NCBI GenBank assembly: GCA_051942205.1
Contig: JAVECO010000139.1
Location: forward strand, 1-63,339
Length of the DNA stretch: 63,339 bases
DNA from: Coniocarpon cinnabarinum
Taxonomy: Eukaryota
Reading direction: 5' to 3'
Part shown: in pieces, positions 1-11,419 of the stretch
Layout: each line of letters opens with the position of its first letter
Numbering within the stretch: position 1 is the first letter of the stretch
Program-made: the position numbers and the translations under genes
The notes under the pieces: generated by a model
What the model was told of the DNA's origin: nothing
What the model saw: the letters and a program-made list of their open reading frames with translations, nothing else
The model's database searches: none

Positions 1-300
1 CTGATGATGGGTGCTGATGATGGGTGCTGATGATGGGTGCTGATGATGGGTGCTGATGATGGGTGCTGATGATGGGTGCTGATGATGGGTGCTGATGATG
101 GGTGCTGATGATGGGTGCTGATGATGGGTGCTGATGGTGAGTGCTGATGGTGGGTGCTGATAAAGGGTGCTGATAAAGGGTGCTGATAGAGGGTGCTGAT
201 AAAGGGTGCTGATAAAGGGTGCTGATAAAGGGTGCTGATGATGGGTGCTGATGATGGGTGCTGATGGTTGCTGATTATGGGTGCTAATAGTGGGCGCTGA
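1..300. repeat. 13-bp minisatellite (CTGATGATGGGTG)n with CTGATAAAGGGTG variants, decaying to ~550
   Basis: About 10 near-perfect copies at 1-130, a variant block at ~157-235, then progressively degenerate units; the array runs off the left edge. Confidence 0.95.
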
Positions 301-2994
301 TGGTTCCGCTGAGGCTAATGCTAGTTCATACGGTGCTGATAGTATTCGCATATGACGGTTTCTGACGGCGGTGGTTAATAGCGGTTACTGACGATGGTCG
401 CTGACGATGGTTGCTAACAATGACTCTGTTTGCTATTAGTGGCTCGTAACGTCCATTGCAAAGGCTAGCACTCATAATCGTGGCGCTGATATTGCTTGTT
501 GATGACGGTGCCATGGATGACGCTCGAACCGGTGCTAACAGCACTGTTAGGTGATGGCAATAGCCACAAAACTGCAATGATAAAAGGGTGAGCCAAAGAC
601 ATTGAGAAGTCCTGGATTCAAGAAAAGATAGTGACCGCTGTTGTTGAAGATGGGCATCGGTCTACAGGTACCGGGCAAAGAGAATCCCACGGAAATCTGG
701 ACGCAGTATAACCATGCGAGGGAGACTCGCGTCAGCTGCGAGAAGTACAAAAAGCGAGGGACAGAAGGGAGAAGATAACGGACTATCACAGGATGAAAGC
801 CACGAGATAAGACGATCCACAGAATCCTTGTCGAGCTCGAAATCATGGACGATGCTCAAACGGTGACATCAAGGGACGGTCGCCACGCCTCGACACGCAC
901 GATTTGAACGCGAAAGCGCGCAAGACGAGTCAAGAGGGTGAACAGCTGTCACATACCCAGCAGGGATGCGACCGGTCGTTCCACATTGCAAGTTAATCCC
1001 GAAGCTTTTTTAATTAAGGGAATCAGTCGACAGTGGACTCACGCAATGAGTGCGATACTCTCTAAGCGTGTATCTGCGCCTGCAATGTTACAATCCGGAC
1101 AAGAAAGAGCACGAGCAGCAGAAGCAACTTATAAAGAGCATGGTAAGATGCTTCTAAATTAAGGTAAAGTTACGCCCAGTTCAAAGCGATCGTCACCTGG
1201 CTTCATGGACGCCTGAGAGTCAGAGCTGTGACAGCTCGCAAGGAACAGCACAGTTTGTATGTTGCTGGTCAGGGACTTAGTGACGGGTTCAATGTCAGTG
1301 ACTGAAATCATGTCTCTGACTCAATAGTCTGAAGCGATGTAGATCGAGCGATGCGATGACAGATTCTTTGCTTGAGCCGGGGGTATGCCTCAAAAACACT
1401 TTTGTAGGGCGAGTTGACCTTTTACGAGTATTCCATTGGGGTCATGCAAACGTAGCTATCCCTAGCAAGGCGTATTGCCAGCGGTGTGAGTTTGCATGTG
1501 ATGTCCGCGATGTCAAGGGCTTGGGCCAACGGTGGCTTGTCCTTCGGACAGGGCGGGCGATCGTATTGATTTCATTCTTCTCTTTACCGACATCTTTGAC
1601 ACACGGGGAACGAGAGGCTCGTGGTGGTTGTCATTGCGATCCAGCCCTGTGGAGGCCATAGGATGACATTATAGGATGAAGACGAGACTTCTATGTTGGT
1701 CAAATTAACCTAGCATGCAGCGTGCGTTGATGTCGATGCAATGTGACGACGTTGGTGATCAGTTGTAGTGCCGAAGTGAAGAAGCGGTGTAGGACAGGTA
1801 AGAATCGACGGATTGACGCGGTGATCCTCCTGATTCTAATACCTATTGCTCGTGGCCCTATTCAATTAATGCGAGTTCGCCGATGCCCACTGTTGATTCC
1901 AGGCTCAGCCGTATCGGCGTTTAAATTGACGTCTACATGTCACTGTGCAAAGTTCGCAGGGAGAATAAGCCCTGTTCGCGAGGAACTTGTAATCGATGTT
2001 CTTGCAGTGGAACGCAACGGTGTTTGAGTCAAAGTAATGCATTGAAGGCAAAGTCAGGCGGCGTTAGACCTCTGGTTGGTTTGTCAGGATGACAAAATAC
2101 GTCCTCGCAAAGGCCACGGACTATAGGAGAGACGATCGATCCGAAAGTCATGTGGTCCAGTCATGTGTCTTTAGAAGAGCTCGAGAATGCAAAAATGCAC
2201 AAAGTCCCTTGTGTAATTAGAATGGGTGCGAGGAGCCATATGAGACTGCTGAATGATACGGAGTGCCTTTGCGAGGCCTCGCGTGACACTTGCTAGAGAC
2301 TTTGGCCCTCTAAGCGCGAGGGTGACATTGTTGAAAAAAATGAGAACGAACAGATCTGCTTCTGTCAACCCTTAGTCAATAGACATGACAACTCAGACAA
2401 CCAGCCTAGAGAGCCACGATGGCCATGTGCCACTACGTTGCAAATCAGTGTTGAGCTCACCGCGTTCATAGCCTGCAGCACATTCATGGCGGTAAGTCCA
2501 TCAGACGAGTGATTGAGATCAAAATGGACTTTTCCTGGTGAAATTCCTCGGATATGCTCGGTGAGCAGATCATACCGACAGCAGGCTTATTGCACGCTTA
2601 TTGATGCAGGTACTCAATGCTGGAGCGAAGGCATATCATGTTGGGAGTCATGCGGCTCCTCATAGCTGGGCCCGCCCCTACATGTGAGTGGCTCGTAACA
2701 TGTCTCTTTCCTGGTCAAAGGAAGCGACGTGCAGCGACAATCATGTACCTGCAGCGGAGCTTCCTAGTTAAAGCACTGATGCAGATGCATGACATTGCTC
2801 GTCTACTCCAGGAGCATAGCCGAGCTTAAGCATGACCAAGTGTACCTGATCCATGTATATCCAAGCCTGGGCTTGCGTGTCGGTTCAGCACTGGATAGCA
2901 CGGGCTCCTCACGGTTGCGCAAGACGCTGATTGACCTAGTCATCACTGCAAGGCAGGGAGCAACGCGGAGATCGCACAGTTCAAGTTGCGCCGC

Positions 2995-3802
2995 CTAGAC
3001 GATCTTGTCCTTGAAGGACATGGCATATGGCACTGTGCTGTTGAAGCTGTCTCTGCTCATGAGACCGTCAAAGTACGTCTTCAATGCAGGGCAATCACTC
3101 TGCCAGGTGAGATGTTTAGCACGCACATCCACTGCCCATACCACGTCAGTGCATGTTGCAACCATGATGTGCTCTCACAGCGCATCGTGGGCACTTACTG
3201 TATCCCAGAACACATCCCGCTGCAATGTCCGCAAGGCCAAAAGAGGGTCCAACGAGGAAGGTCCGGCTTCCATCAGCACCCGTCTCCCGGACCAACTCAT
3301 CGAGCCACTGGATGCCGCCTGAGATCTTTCGGTCCTGGCGAGCAATCCATTCTGGTGATTGTCTTTCGGCAGATCTCTGCGTCTCGAAGAAACGCAGGAC
3401 CAGTGCATCACACATACCATCGGCAACGACCTCTATCTGCTTCGCCGCAAGTTTCAGATCCAGGTCCTCAGACAGCAAGGCTGGCTGTGGATACTTGGCC
3501 TCGAGCCATTCCAGGATGAAGTGGGATTCGTAGATGGCCTTCGGCTGGTCCTCCGAGGCATGTGGGAAGGCGAGTCCACTCGCGGTGGACGGCGATGCAT
3601 CGTGTGTGGTGTCGGTGTCCCTGGGCAGCAACAGTATCGGCAATTTCTCGAGTGGGTTGTGCCGCGGTGTATGTGTAGTGGAGTCCCAGGGCACTTCCAT
3701 GTGCAGCTCGAAAGGAATGCCCTTTTCTGCCAAGGCGATCCGAACTTTGCGTGCATACGGAGATGGCGGAGAACTGATGAGGCTAAGCTTGGGCGCCGGC
3801 AT
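2995..3802 (-). CDS. Glutathione S-transferase family protein (2 exons: 3802-3199, 3131-2995)
   Basis: SPYARKVRIAL, NPLEKLPIL, YESHFILEWL and FGLADIAAGCVLGY motifs. A GTAAGT...ACTGAC...CAG intron restores the C-terminus MDVRAKHLTW...KDKIV*. Confidence 0.9.
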
Positions 3803-4184
3803 GGCACTTCTGTACGGAGGACTGGAGGTAGGTTGTTGATGTGCTGTGTGTCGCGGGAAAGGAAGCGTGTAGGGCGGTGCGTGGGTGGGTAGTTGGACAG
3901 ATACCTGCTAGTCCTGGTTTGGGAGAGTATTTGGGGCGTGGGATGGTTTCAGAGTGAGGAGGGAAGCACAGGAAGAATGCAGTGCAGTGGAGCGGCCGGT
4001 TCCGCTCCCTACGAATGTCTCGGATGACAGGGGCATACAAGCCGAGCGGAGTGGCGAGGAGGTTGGTAGGTGGTTAGGTAGTTGTCACAGTGCACTACTC
4101 CGTACCTCTCTACCAGCACCGAGGAGAGTTGTTAACAGAGTCACGTGGGGGTGGTCGGTGAATACGTGCCCAAGCGCCTAGAGT

Positions 4185-4635
4185 GAAGAGCCCCAGAGCC
4201 CCAGAGCCCCAGAGCCCCACAGTGTGAGTTGGTGAGTGGTTGAGTGTGTGCGTGCGTGGGATGGAAGGGAAGCGTAGCAGCAGACTACCGCCACGCCACC
4301 ACCTACCCACCTACCTACTACTGCTCTAGCATTTGCAGCGGCATGACAGCGGTGGTGGAATCCCGAGCGCAGAGCTATGTACAGAGCTAGAGGGTCGAGC
4401 GGATCGCGCACACCGCACACCGCACACCGCACACCACGACGCGCAAGTGAGGGGCACGGTACATGGTGCGATGATGTGCGATGGTGCATTGGCGGACTAG
4501 ATGAGTGACTGATTGATTGACTGTCTGACTGGCACCACCGGCCGGGCCACAGTGGCGCCGCCGACGACGTTGACTCTCCTCCCTCTGGCCTTCCATTCCC
4601 ATTCCATCATTCCATCATTCCATCATTCCATCCAT
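4185..4635. repeat. Cluster of short tandem repeats (GAGCCCCA, GCACACC, CCATCATT-like) in the GST/P450 divergent intergenic region
   Basis: Directly visible at ~4188-4218, ~4408-4435 and ~4592-4635. Confidence 0.8.
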
Positions 4636-5220
4636 CCCTCAACGCCTGCCCTCGCTCCTCGCCCTCTACCAAACGGCAGATGTGCCTGTCCATCTCACCC
4701 ATCTTCCCCCTCCGATCTCCGTTGATCTGCCCCCCCGCTATCTCTTCCCTTCCACTCTCTCCCTCTCTCCCGCGCCTCGTCTCTTCTTGACGAATGCAGC
4801 CTCTCGCGCGCGCCTCATCTCTCATGCCACGCTCTTGCCACTGATGCCGCTGATGCTTGCGTCTCGCGCCTTCCTCAGCCCGGCCTCGTTCCAAATCTTC
4901 TTCCTCATGATGAAGCTTACTGCTTTGCCTGCACCGCGTTCTTAGTTTGTTTTCTCCCCAGTTCACCTCTGCCCATCCACCCACGTCCGCGTCGGCTGAT
5001 GGCCACGCGGTAATGCCGGTACTTATGTCCATCTCTCTGCATCCGGCTTGACTGCCAACGGCTGTCACTGCCGGCTGCATCATGTCGGCCTCGTTGCTTT
5101 GATTTATATTCGCTTGTGCTTGCCACGCTGTCATTGTGGTCATCATAGCGTTGGCCACGTAAATCTCGCAAGCTTCACTCACTAGCCCGACGGTGAGAAC
5201 TCCAAGTGCGCGGCGCAAAC

Positions 5221-7002
5221 ATGCTCATCGATCAGTTCGCGGCGTTTGTCTTCTCCCACTGGTATCTCATTGTTCCTGCACTTAGTGTCGCCTATCTGGT
5301 CAGGCAAAGATATCACAATGGGCTGCACAAGTACCCGGGACCGGTTTTGGCGTCTGTGACAGACTTGTGGCGAGCTTTGAACCTTCTGTGCACGCGACGG
5401 ATACACGATACGTGTGTAGATCTGCATCGTAAACATGGAGACGTTGTGCGACTCGGGCCCAACATGCTCTCATTCGGCGATCCCCGCGCCCTCAAAGACA
5501 TATACGGCCTGAACAAGGGCTTCGTCAAGGTCGGTCTGGCAGATGCTCGAGACGTGCCGAGCTGCTGACACTTCTTCAGAGCGCATATTATCCCGTGCAA
5601 GCGGGCATTAGTAAAGGCAAGTCGGTGCTCAACCTCTTCTCGACCACGGATGAGGATTACCACGCCAAGTTCCGGCGGTGTGTCAGCCATGCTTTCTCGA
5701 TGAGCACCCTGCTGTCCTACGAGCCGCTGGTCAACTCGACCACCGCCTTTTTCCTCGAACAGACTGCAAAGAACTTCTCACAGACTGGAGACAAGGTGGA
5801 CTTGCCTCACTGGCTGCAGTTTTATGCTTTCGACATTATCGGTGAGCTGGCATGGAGCAAGCGACTGGGCTTTCTTGACAGGAATGAGGATGTCGATGGC
5901 ATCATCAACACCGTCAATTCAAGCCTGGACTTTACTTCTGTTGTACGTGTTTGGTTTCGCCTGCGCCAGTGCATGTCTAGATATCCTGTCGTACTAACAC
6001 ATATACCTCGAACAGAGCGGGCAAGTACCCTGGACAGATAAGCTCTTCCTCAGGAATCCCATTCTCCTCTTTCTGAGCCGCCATGGACTGTTCAATTTCG
6101 CTTCCAAGCCTGCTGAATTTGCTGCACGTCGACAAAATGAACGCTTATCGGGCATCAACCGAGCCGAAAAGGCTCTGCCAGAGGTTGATGAAAAGCGCGG
6201 TGTGGACTTTATGACCCGTTTTCTGCAAGCTCAGAAAGATCACCCAGAGTTTATGGATGATACACGTATCATGGGAGCCTGCCTCTCGTTGATCTTTGCC
6301 GGCTCTGACTCTACCGCTGCCTCGTTTGCCAATGTGTTCTACAATCTCTTGAAGAACCCACGTGTGTACACGAAGCTGATGCGGGAGCTTGATACTGCGG
6401 CTGCGTCAGGGAAACTTTACGCGGACAATGAGACTCGTGGAACAAGCACCGAGATCTTTTCCTACGATGCTGCCAGCTCATTGCCTTACCTGGATGCTGT
6501 CATCACCGAGTCATTCCGAATAGCACCGGCTGTTGGCATCGTGCTCGAGCGCATAGTACCAAAAGGCGGTGCTACCATTGCAGGTCGCGCAATCCCAGAG
6601 GGCACTATCGTTGGATGCAATGCTTGGGTCCTGCACCGACGAAAGGAAATCTTTGGTTCAGACGTTGAAGAATTCCGACCAGAGCGGTGGCTAGAAAGTG
6701 AAGGAGCCGATCCAGCCAAGGTCAAGGACATGAAAGCGAACATGTTCCATTTCGGTGCTGGATCGAGAACGTGCATTGGCCGCAACATCAGCTTGATGGA
6801 ATTATACAAAGGCATACCAAGTTTCTTGAGGCGCTTTGAGGTGAGTGCAGCGCGTAACAAGGATGTATAGTCGTATGCTAACAAAGTTCAGATATCTTTC
6901 GCAGACCCATCCAGACCCGTCAGACGGCACAACTTCTTCTTCATTCGGATGCATGGATTTGATGTGCGCATTAGCGACCGTACTGGGACTGAGAAGGCAT
7001 GA
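5221..7002 (+). CDS. Cytochrome P450 monooxygenase, pisatin demethylase-like (4 exons: 5221-5529, 5580-5942, 6016-6840, 6892-7002; ~535 aa)
   Basis: N-terminal membrane anchor plus YPGP, I-helix AGSDST, ExxR (ESFR), PERW and heme motif FGAGSRTCIG. All three introns are phase-consistent. Confidence 0.95.
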
Positions 7003-7522
7003 GCAATGGGATGAGCATAGATTTTTCTTTGCAGATCATGATTGACGAACGTGCAGCCGAAGTGATGATTATTGTCAAGACCACGGATCACGCTTGGACG
7101 CTTTTAGGTGGAAGCTGGTAGCGATCAGATGAAAGGTATTGTGCTTCACAATACGGTAAATCCACCTCAATGGAAGATTGCTATTGTGAGACTATTAATG
7201 GAATTTTCAACTTCCCTGCCACTTCACACCACGAATCACTGCTCGTTGTCTAAGATGCACATTTGTTGAGTCTGCAAGAGTCACGCACAAAAGTTGTTGC
7301 CGGATCCCAGCCTGAGCAACAAGCCCATACGAAAAGAGCAATTCAAGTCACAAATCTATGAGCACAACGGCGATAGCCCCTTGCAACTGACAAGACGCTG
7401 AGTTTTAGTGCGGCAGTTGCTATCCTACGTGGCCCTGCTGCATCTACTTGCAACAGTAATCTTCGCGAACACACTCTCACTCCACGACGTCAACCGAATC
7501 ACTCAAGACGTCGGCGAACGGG

Positions 7523-8248
7523 ATGCAACGTACTATCATGGCAGACATAATGGCCTTCCTACCGTCCGCAAAATCTGCACTCATTGGCACAATCGCTTGG
7601 TTGATCGTTGGCAACATCGCGGGACCAGAAAGTCCCTCTCGCTACGAACAGATCGCCACCGCAGTACACAACAATACCATCGCGACCCAACAGCAAGCAG
7701 AAAGGCTCGAATATTTCCGCATGCTCGTCGTATCGTGGAAACACGAAGTCCTTGGCTACCACGACGACATCCACCACTTTGAAGGGGCATTGTCGTATGT
7801 CTTCTGCTGCGTGCTCATGCTCATTTGCACCACGCTGGCATGTGCACACTACTGCAACAAATTCGGCCGCAAGCTCAGGAAGCTCAAACCCGGCCAAGAC
7901 GTCGACATGCGAGCTATGGAGGCGATGGTGGAGTCGACATTCACGCACTACGCACGCGTAGAGTCTCGCCTGCGTCATTTCGCGACCGCTACGCACGTCA
8001 ACAACATTAGCGCAAAGACTGCGAAAGGGTTGCGGCGGATCAAGGCAGTTCACAGACAGTCCTTGCGCTTCAAGAGTCGGACGGGGAGGCGCTTGGAACG
8101 ATTGGAGTCAGCGGATGGGCGAGAGCGGGCGTTGCTTGTGGTCAATGCGATGCGGGCTCGCATTGAGCACTTGGAAGAAGAGCAAAGAGCCCTACAAAGC
8201 GTAGTGGAACAGCTAGGCAGACGAATCAATAAGGAAGATGTTGGTTGA
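7523..8248 (+). CDS. Orphan membrane protein: hydrophobic N-segment, TM helix, C-terminal coiled coil (start may be ATG 7538)
   Basis: Intronless 241-aa ORF; TM ALSYVFCCVLMLICTTLAC followed by basic RKLRKLK; heptad-like RIEHLEEEQRALQSVVEQL. Confidence 0.6.
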   Translation: MQRTIMADIMAFLPSAKSALIGTIAWLIVGNIAGPESPSRYEQIATAVHNNTIATQQQAERLEYFRMLVVSWKHEVLGYHDDIHHFEGALSYVFCCVLMLICTTLACAHYCNKFGRKLRKLKPGQDVDMRAMEAMVESTFTHYARVESRLRHFATATHVNNISAKTAKGLRRIKAVHRQSLRFKSRTGRRLERLESADGRERALLVVNAMRARIEHLEEEQRALQSVVEQLGRRINKEDVG

Positions 8249-8392
8249 AAAGGAGCAAGATCCCATGGAGGCGTAGTAGCTAGAGAAGTGCGGAGAATTG
8301 ATGTTCCTGGTGATCTACAGTATTTCGTCACTATTTGTATCGTCCACGTTCTTCTCCGGTCCGCCAATGCGGCTGTTTTGCAGCGACGTATA

Positions 8393-9516
8393 ATGCTGAA
8401 GAGCAAGCAATGTAGGCTGTTGAAATCAAGCGTTGCAAGACGTGGATATGCCATTGCAGCGCCTGAGGGTCCCGGCCTGCAGGTGTTCAATCGCAATACC
8501 AAATGGCTCCAGAGGCAGCGTTCTGCTGTGGACGCCAAGGCCAGCCGCAAGGTCGACTATCTAAGAGACGAAGTCGCGGCTAGGCTATCTGAAAGGCTAT
8601 TGGTATGTATTCACTCGAGGCTGCAAAGGTGCTCAATCTGACTGTGGTCATACAGGACATTAATCGTTCGTTCGATCACGTCCTTGATCTAGGAGCCAAT
8701 GCTTGTAACATTGCACGAGCTCTTACGAAGCCGCCATCTGACGCTGGTTACGATGTCAAGAACACCAAAGATACACCGCCTGTCAGTGAACGAATAGCTC
8801 GGATCACTTGCGCGGATTCATCTTCCAACCTCCTCTATCGCGACGAAGACCTCCCATTCAATCAAGAGCTGAACATCACGCGGGAAGTACTCGGAGATGA
8901 AGAGACATTGCCTTACGAGAGCAGCACATTCGATGCTGTCATGTCATCACTGTCGCTACATTGGATCAACGACCTTCCATCGGTCCTTAAGCAAGTCAAC
9001 AACGTCCTCAAACCAGATGCCCCACTGATTGCATGCATGCTTGGAGGCGACTCGCTTTTCGAGCTGCGCACCTCGCTGCAGCTTGCAGACCTTGATCGCC
9101 ATGGTGGCGTATCAACGCACGTATCACCATTAGCCGACGTGAGGGACATGGGGGGACTGCTCCAGTCGGCCGGTTTCAAGCTGTTGACTGTGGATGTTGA
9201 CGATATTGTGGTGGACTTCCCCGACACGTTGGCATTGATGTCGGACCTCCAGGCCATGGGCGAAAACAACGCCGTACTCATGCGAGACATGGCGCCAATC
9301 CAGAGGGATGTGCTCTTAGCTGCGGAGGGGATCTATCGAGAGTTGCATGGAAATGAAGATGGGACTGTGCCAGCGACATTTCGTTTGATCTATCTAATTG
9401 GTTGGAAGGAGGCTCAAGGGCAGGAGCAGCCACTTCAAAGGGGTACCGGTCAAGTAAATCTGCAGGATGCTCTGAGTGGTGGCGGTGGATTCGGTCCAGG
9501 GCAGAAGAATCAATAA
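8393..9516 (+). CDS. NDUFAF5: Mitochondrial complex I assembly factor, SAM-dependent methyltransferase fold (2 exons: 8393-8602, 8656-9516)
   Basis: Mitochondrial presequence-like N-terminus; VDYLRDEVA..RL, LDLGANAC, SSLSLHWINDLP, DLQAMGE, ATFRLIYLIGWK. Confidence 0.92.
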
Positions 9517-9662
9517 CACTTGCCAAACATACAATTTATGAGACAGCTTTAACTCGCCCGTGTTCGAATGATCACGTGTTTTCGGGTTTAAGCGGACGCG
9601 TCGAATCGCGCCCACTTGACATCTCGAATGTAGACGAGAATTGCGTCCTAATCGAGAACGCC

Positions 9663-11419
9663 ATGTCGAAGACACGCCCGTACACTTTCTATGCTTGTCC
9701 ATGCACGAACACCGCCGAGCAGACGATATTTGGGCCCACCGCTACCGCACAGCGGTCCCACGACCTAGAAGAACGAGAAGACGAAGGCAGTACTCTCGAT
9801 CCAACGAATCCGAGAACACACCATGTACTGTTCCCATTGGAGAATCTCCTCTTTTGCAACGAATGCCATGAGATTCGTTGCCCACGCTGTTACACCGAAG
9901 AAGTCCTCTACTATTACTGCCCCAATTGTCTGATGGAGACAACCAGCAATTCTGTGAAAACGGAGACAAATAGGTAAGGTAGGCATTCAACCAACTTAGA
10001 CTGCCACAAAACTCATGTGAACTTTGCTGACGCGTAGGTCATAGATGTACGCGAAGCTGTCTTGCCTGCCCTCACTGTACCTCAGCTCTGCAGCTCCAAT
10101 CGCTCGCTCAGTCGAGCGATGGCAGATCCTCGCAAGAGGGAGAAAGCAGATCAAATTCCTCAAGAGATCAGGGCCCCTTCATTCTCACATGTCCCTATTG
10201 CACATGGTCCACGACTGAAACTGGCATGAAGTTTGAAAAGGGAATTAACATCGCATCACAGTTAGCAAGACTTCAGAAAAGTTCTACGCATCAGCGGCAG
10301 ACAGACACATCACGTCACCAAAAAGGCCCTGACGATGGCAATGTCAGCCCTCATAGCAGCCAATTCGAAGGCCTCAAGTTATTCTACCGTACAGCGCTCA
10401 GCGATGCAGACCCGAATGGACCAGTACCTGGACTTGGTTCCTCGTTTGGACTGGAGTCACCTTCACATCTTTCAAGACTTCTGAGTCAATATGGCATTGG
10501 CGGATTGAAAAAGCAGAAACAGAAGCCAAAACCTATGCTCGAATCAGCTTCCGTGCTCGAAGGACTACAAGCGGATGCCCTTGACACAGGCGAAAGTACT
10601 GTTGAACGCATACGGTCACTAGGCTGGAGTGGAACGGTCACGGTTGAACAGAAACATCGACAAACAATGTCGCCTGGCTCGCACGTCACGCAAGAATCAC
10701 TTAACTTCACAGGTGGCCGGCAGCCAGTCCCTGTAAAACTAAGAAGTCGAAGAGCGAAGCGTTGCCAAATTTGCCGTTACCATATTCTACGACCTGATGA
10801 CAAGCGCCATAGCACACGATACAAGGTGCGACTGCTTGCGCTTACTTACGTCCCTCGCATCACGGCAGCACCACTCAAGCCGCTGACGGCGAAACTCGAA
10901 GCGCTCCAGCCTGGTACTCCTCAGCAATTTGTGCTTACCTGCCGCAACCCGTTATACGATCCTGTCAAAGTCAAACTGGGCACACCCAATGTCGTACCTG
11001 GAGAATCGGGAAGCCGCGTCACACTTCTGTGTCCGGAATTCGACATCGGCGCCAGCGCAGATGTATGGGACGAAGCACTCAGCTCTAGCAAGGCTGCAGA
11101 TGCAGAAGGGACCGCGAGTAAAGGAACTGCTGAAGCAGGGAAGATATGGAAGAGAGGTCGCAATTGGACATCGATAGTCCTGGAAGTTATTCCGAGTGTT
11201 GCCAAGGAAAGAAGTGAACGCGACACCCAGCCCTTGGAAGTCCCAATCTTCGTGCGCGTGGAATACTCTGTTGACGCGGCCTCGACTGCACCTCCTGAAA
11301 TTATCAGTCCTGACACGAGTCCAGGCTGGAAAAGTGCGAAGGAAGAAAAGTTGCCTCGGGAACTTGAATTCTGGATCGTCTTAGGCCTGGGTAAGGTGGC
11401 GATCAAAGAGCAGTCGTAG
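9663..11419 (+). CDS. DCTN4: Dynactin p62 subunit (2 exons: 9663-9973, 10045-11419)
   Basis: Cys-rich LLFCNECHEIRCPRC..YYCPNCL; NRCTRSCLACPHC across the splice junction; LRSRRAKRCQICRYHIL; NPLYDPVKV. Confidence 0.9.

Noticed and set aside
547..2998. Short ORFs between the minisatellite and the GST gene
   Set aside because: No recognisable domains, coding-like composition or consistent exon chain.
4607..5218. 203-aa minus-strand ORF upstream of the P450
   Set aside because: Antisense reading of the pyrimidine-rich P450 promoter/5' UTR.
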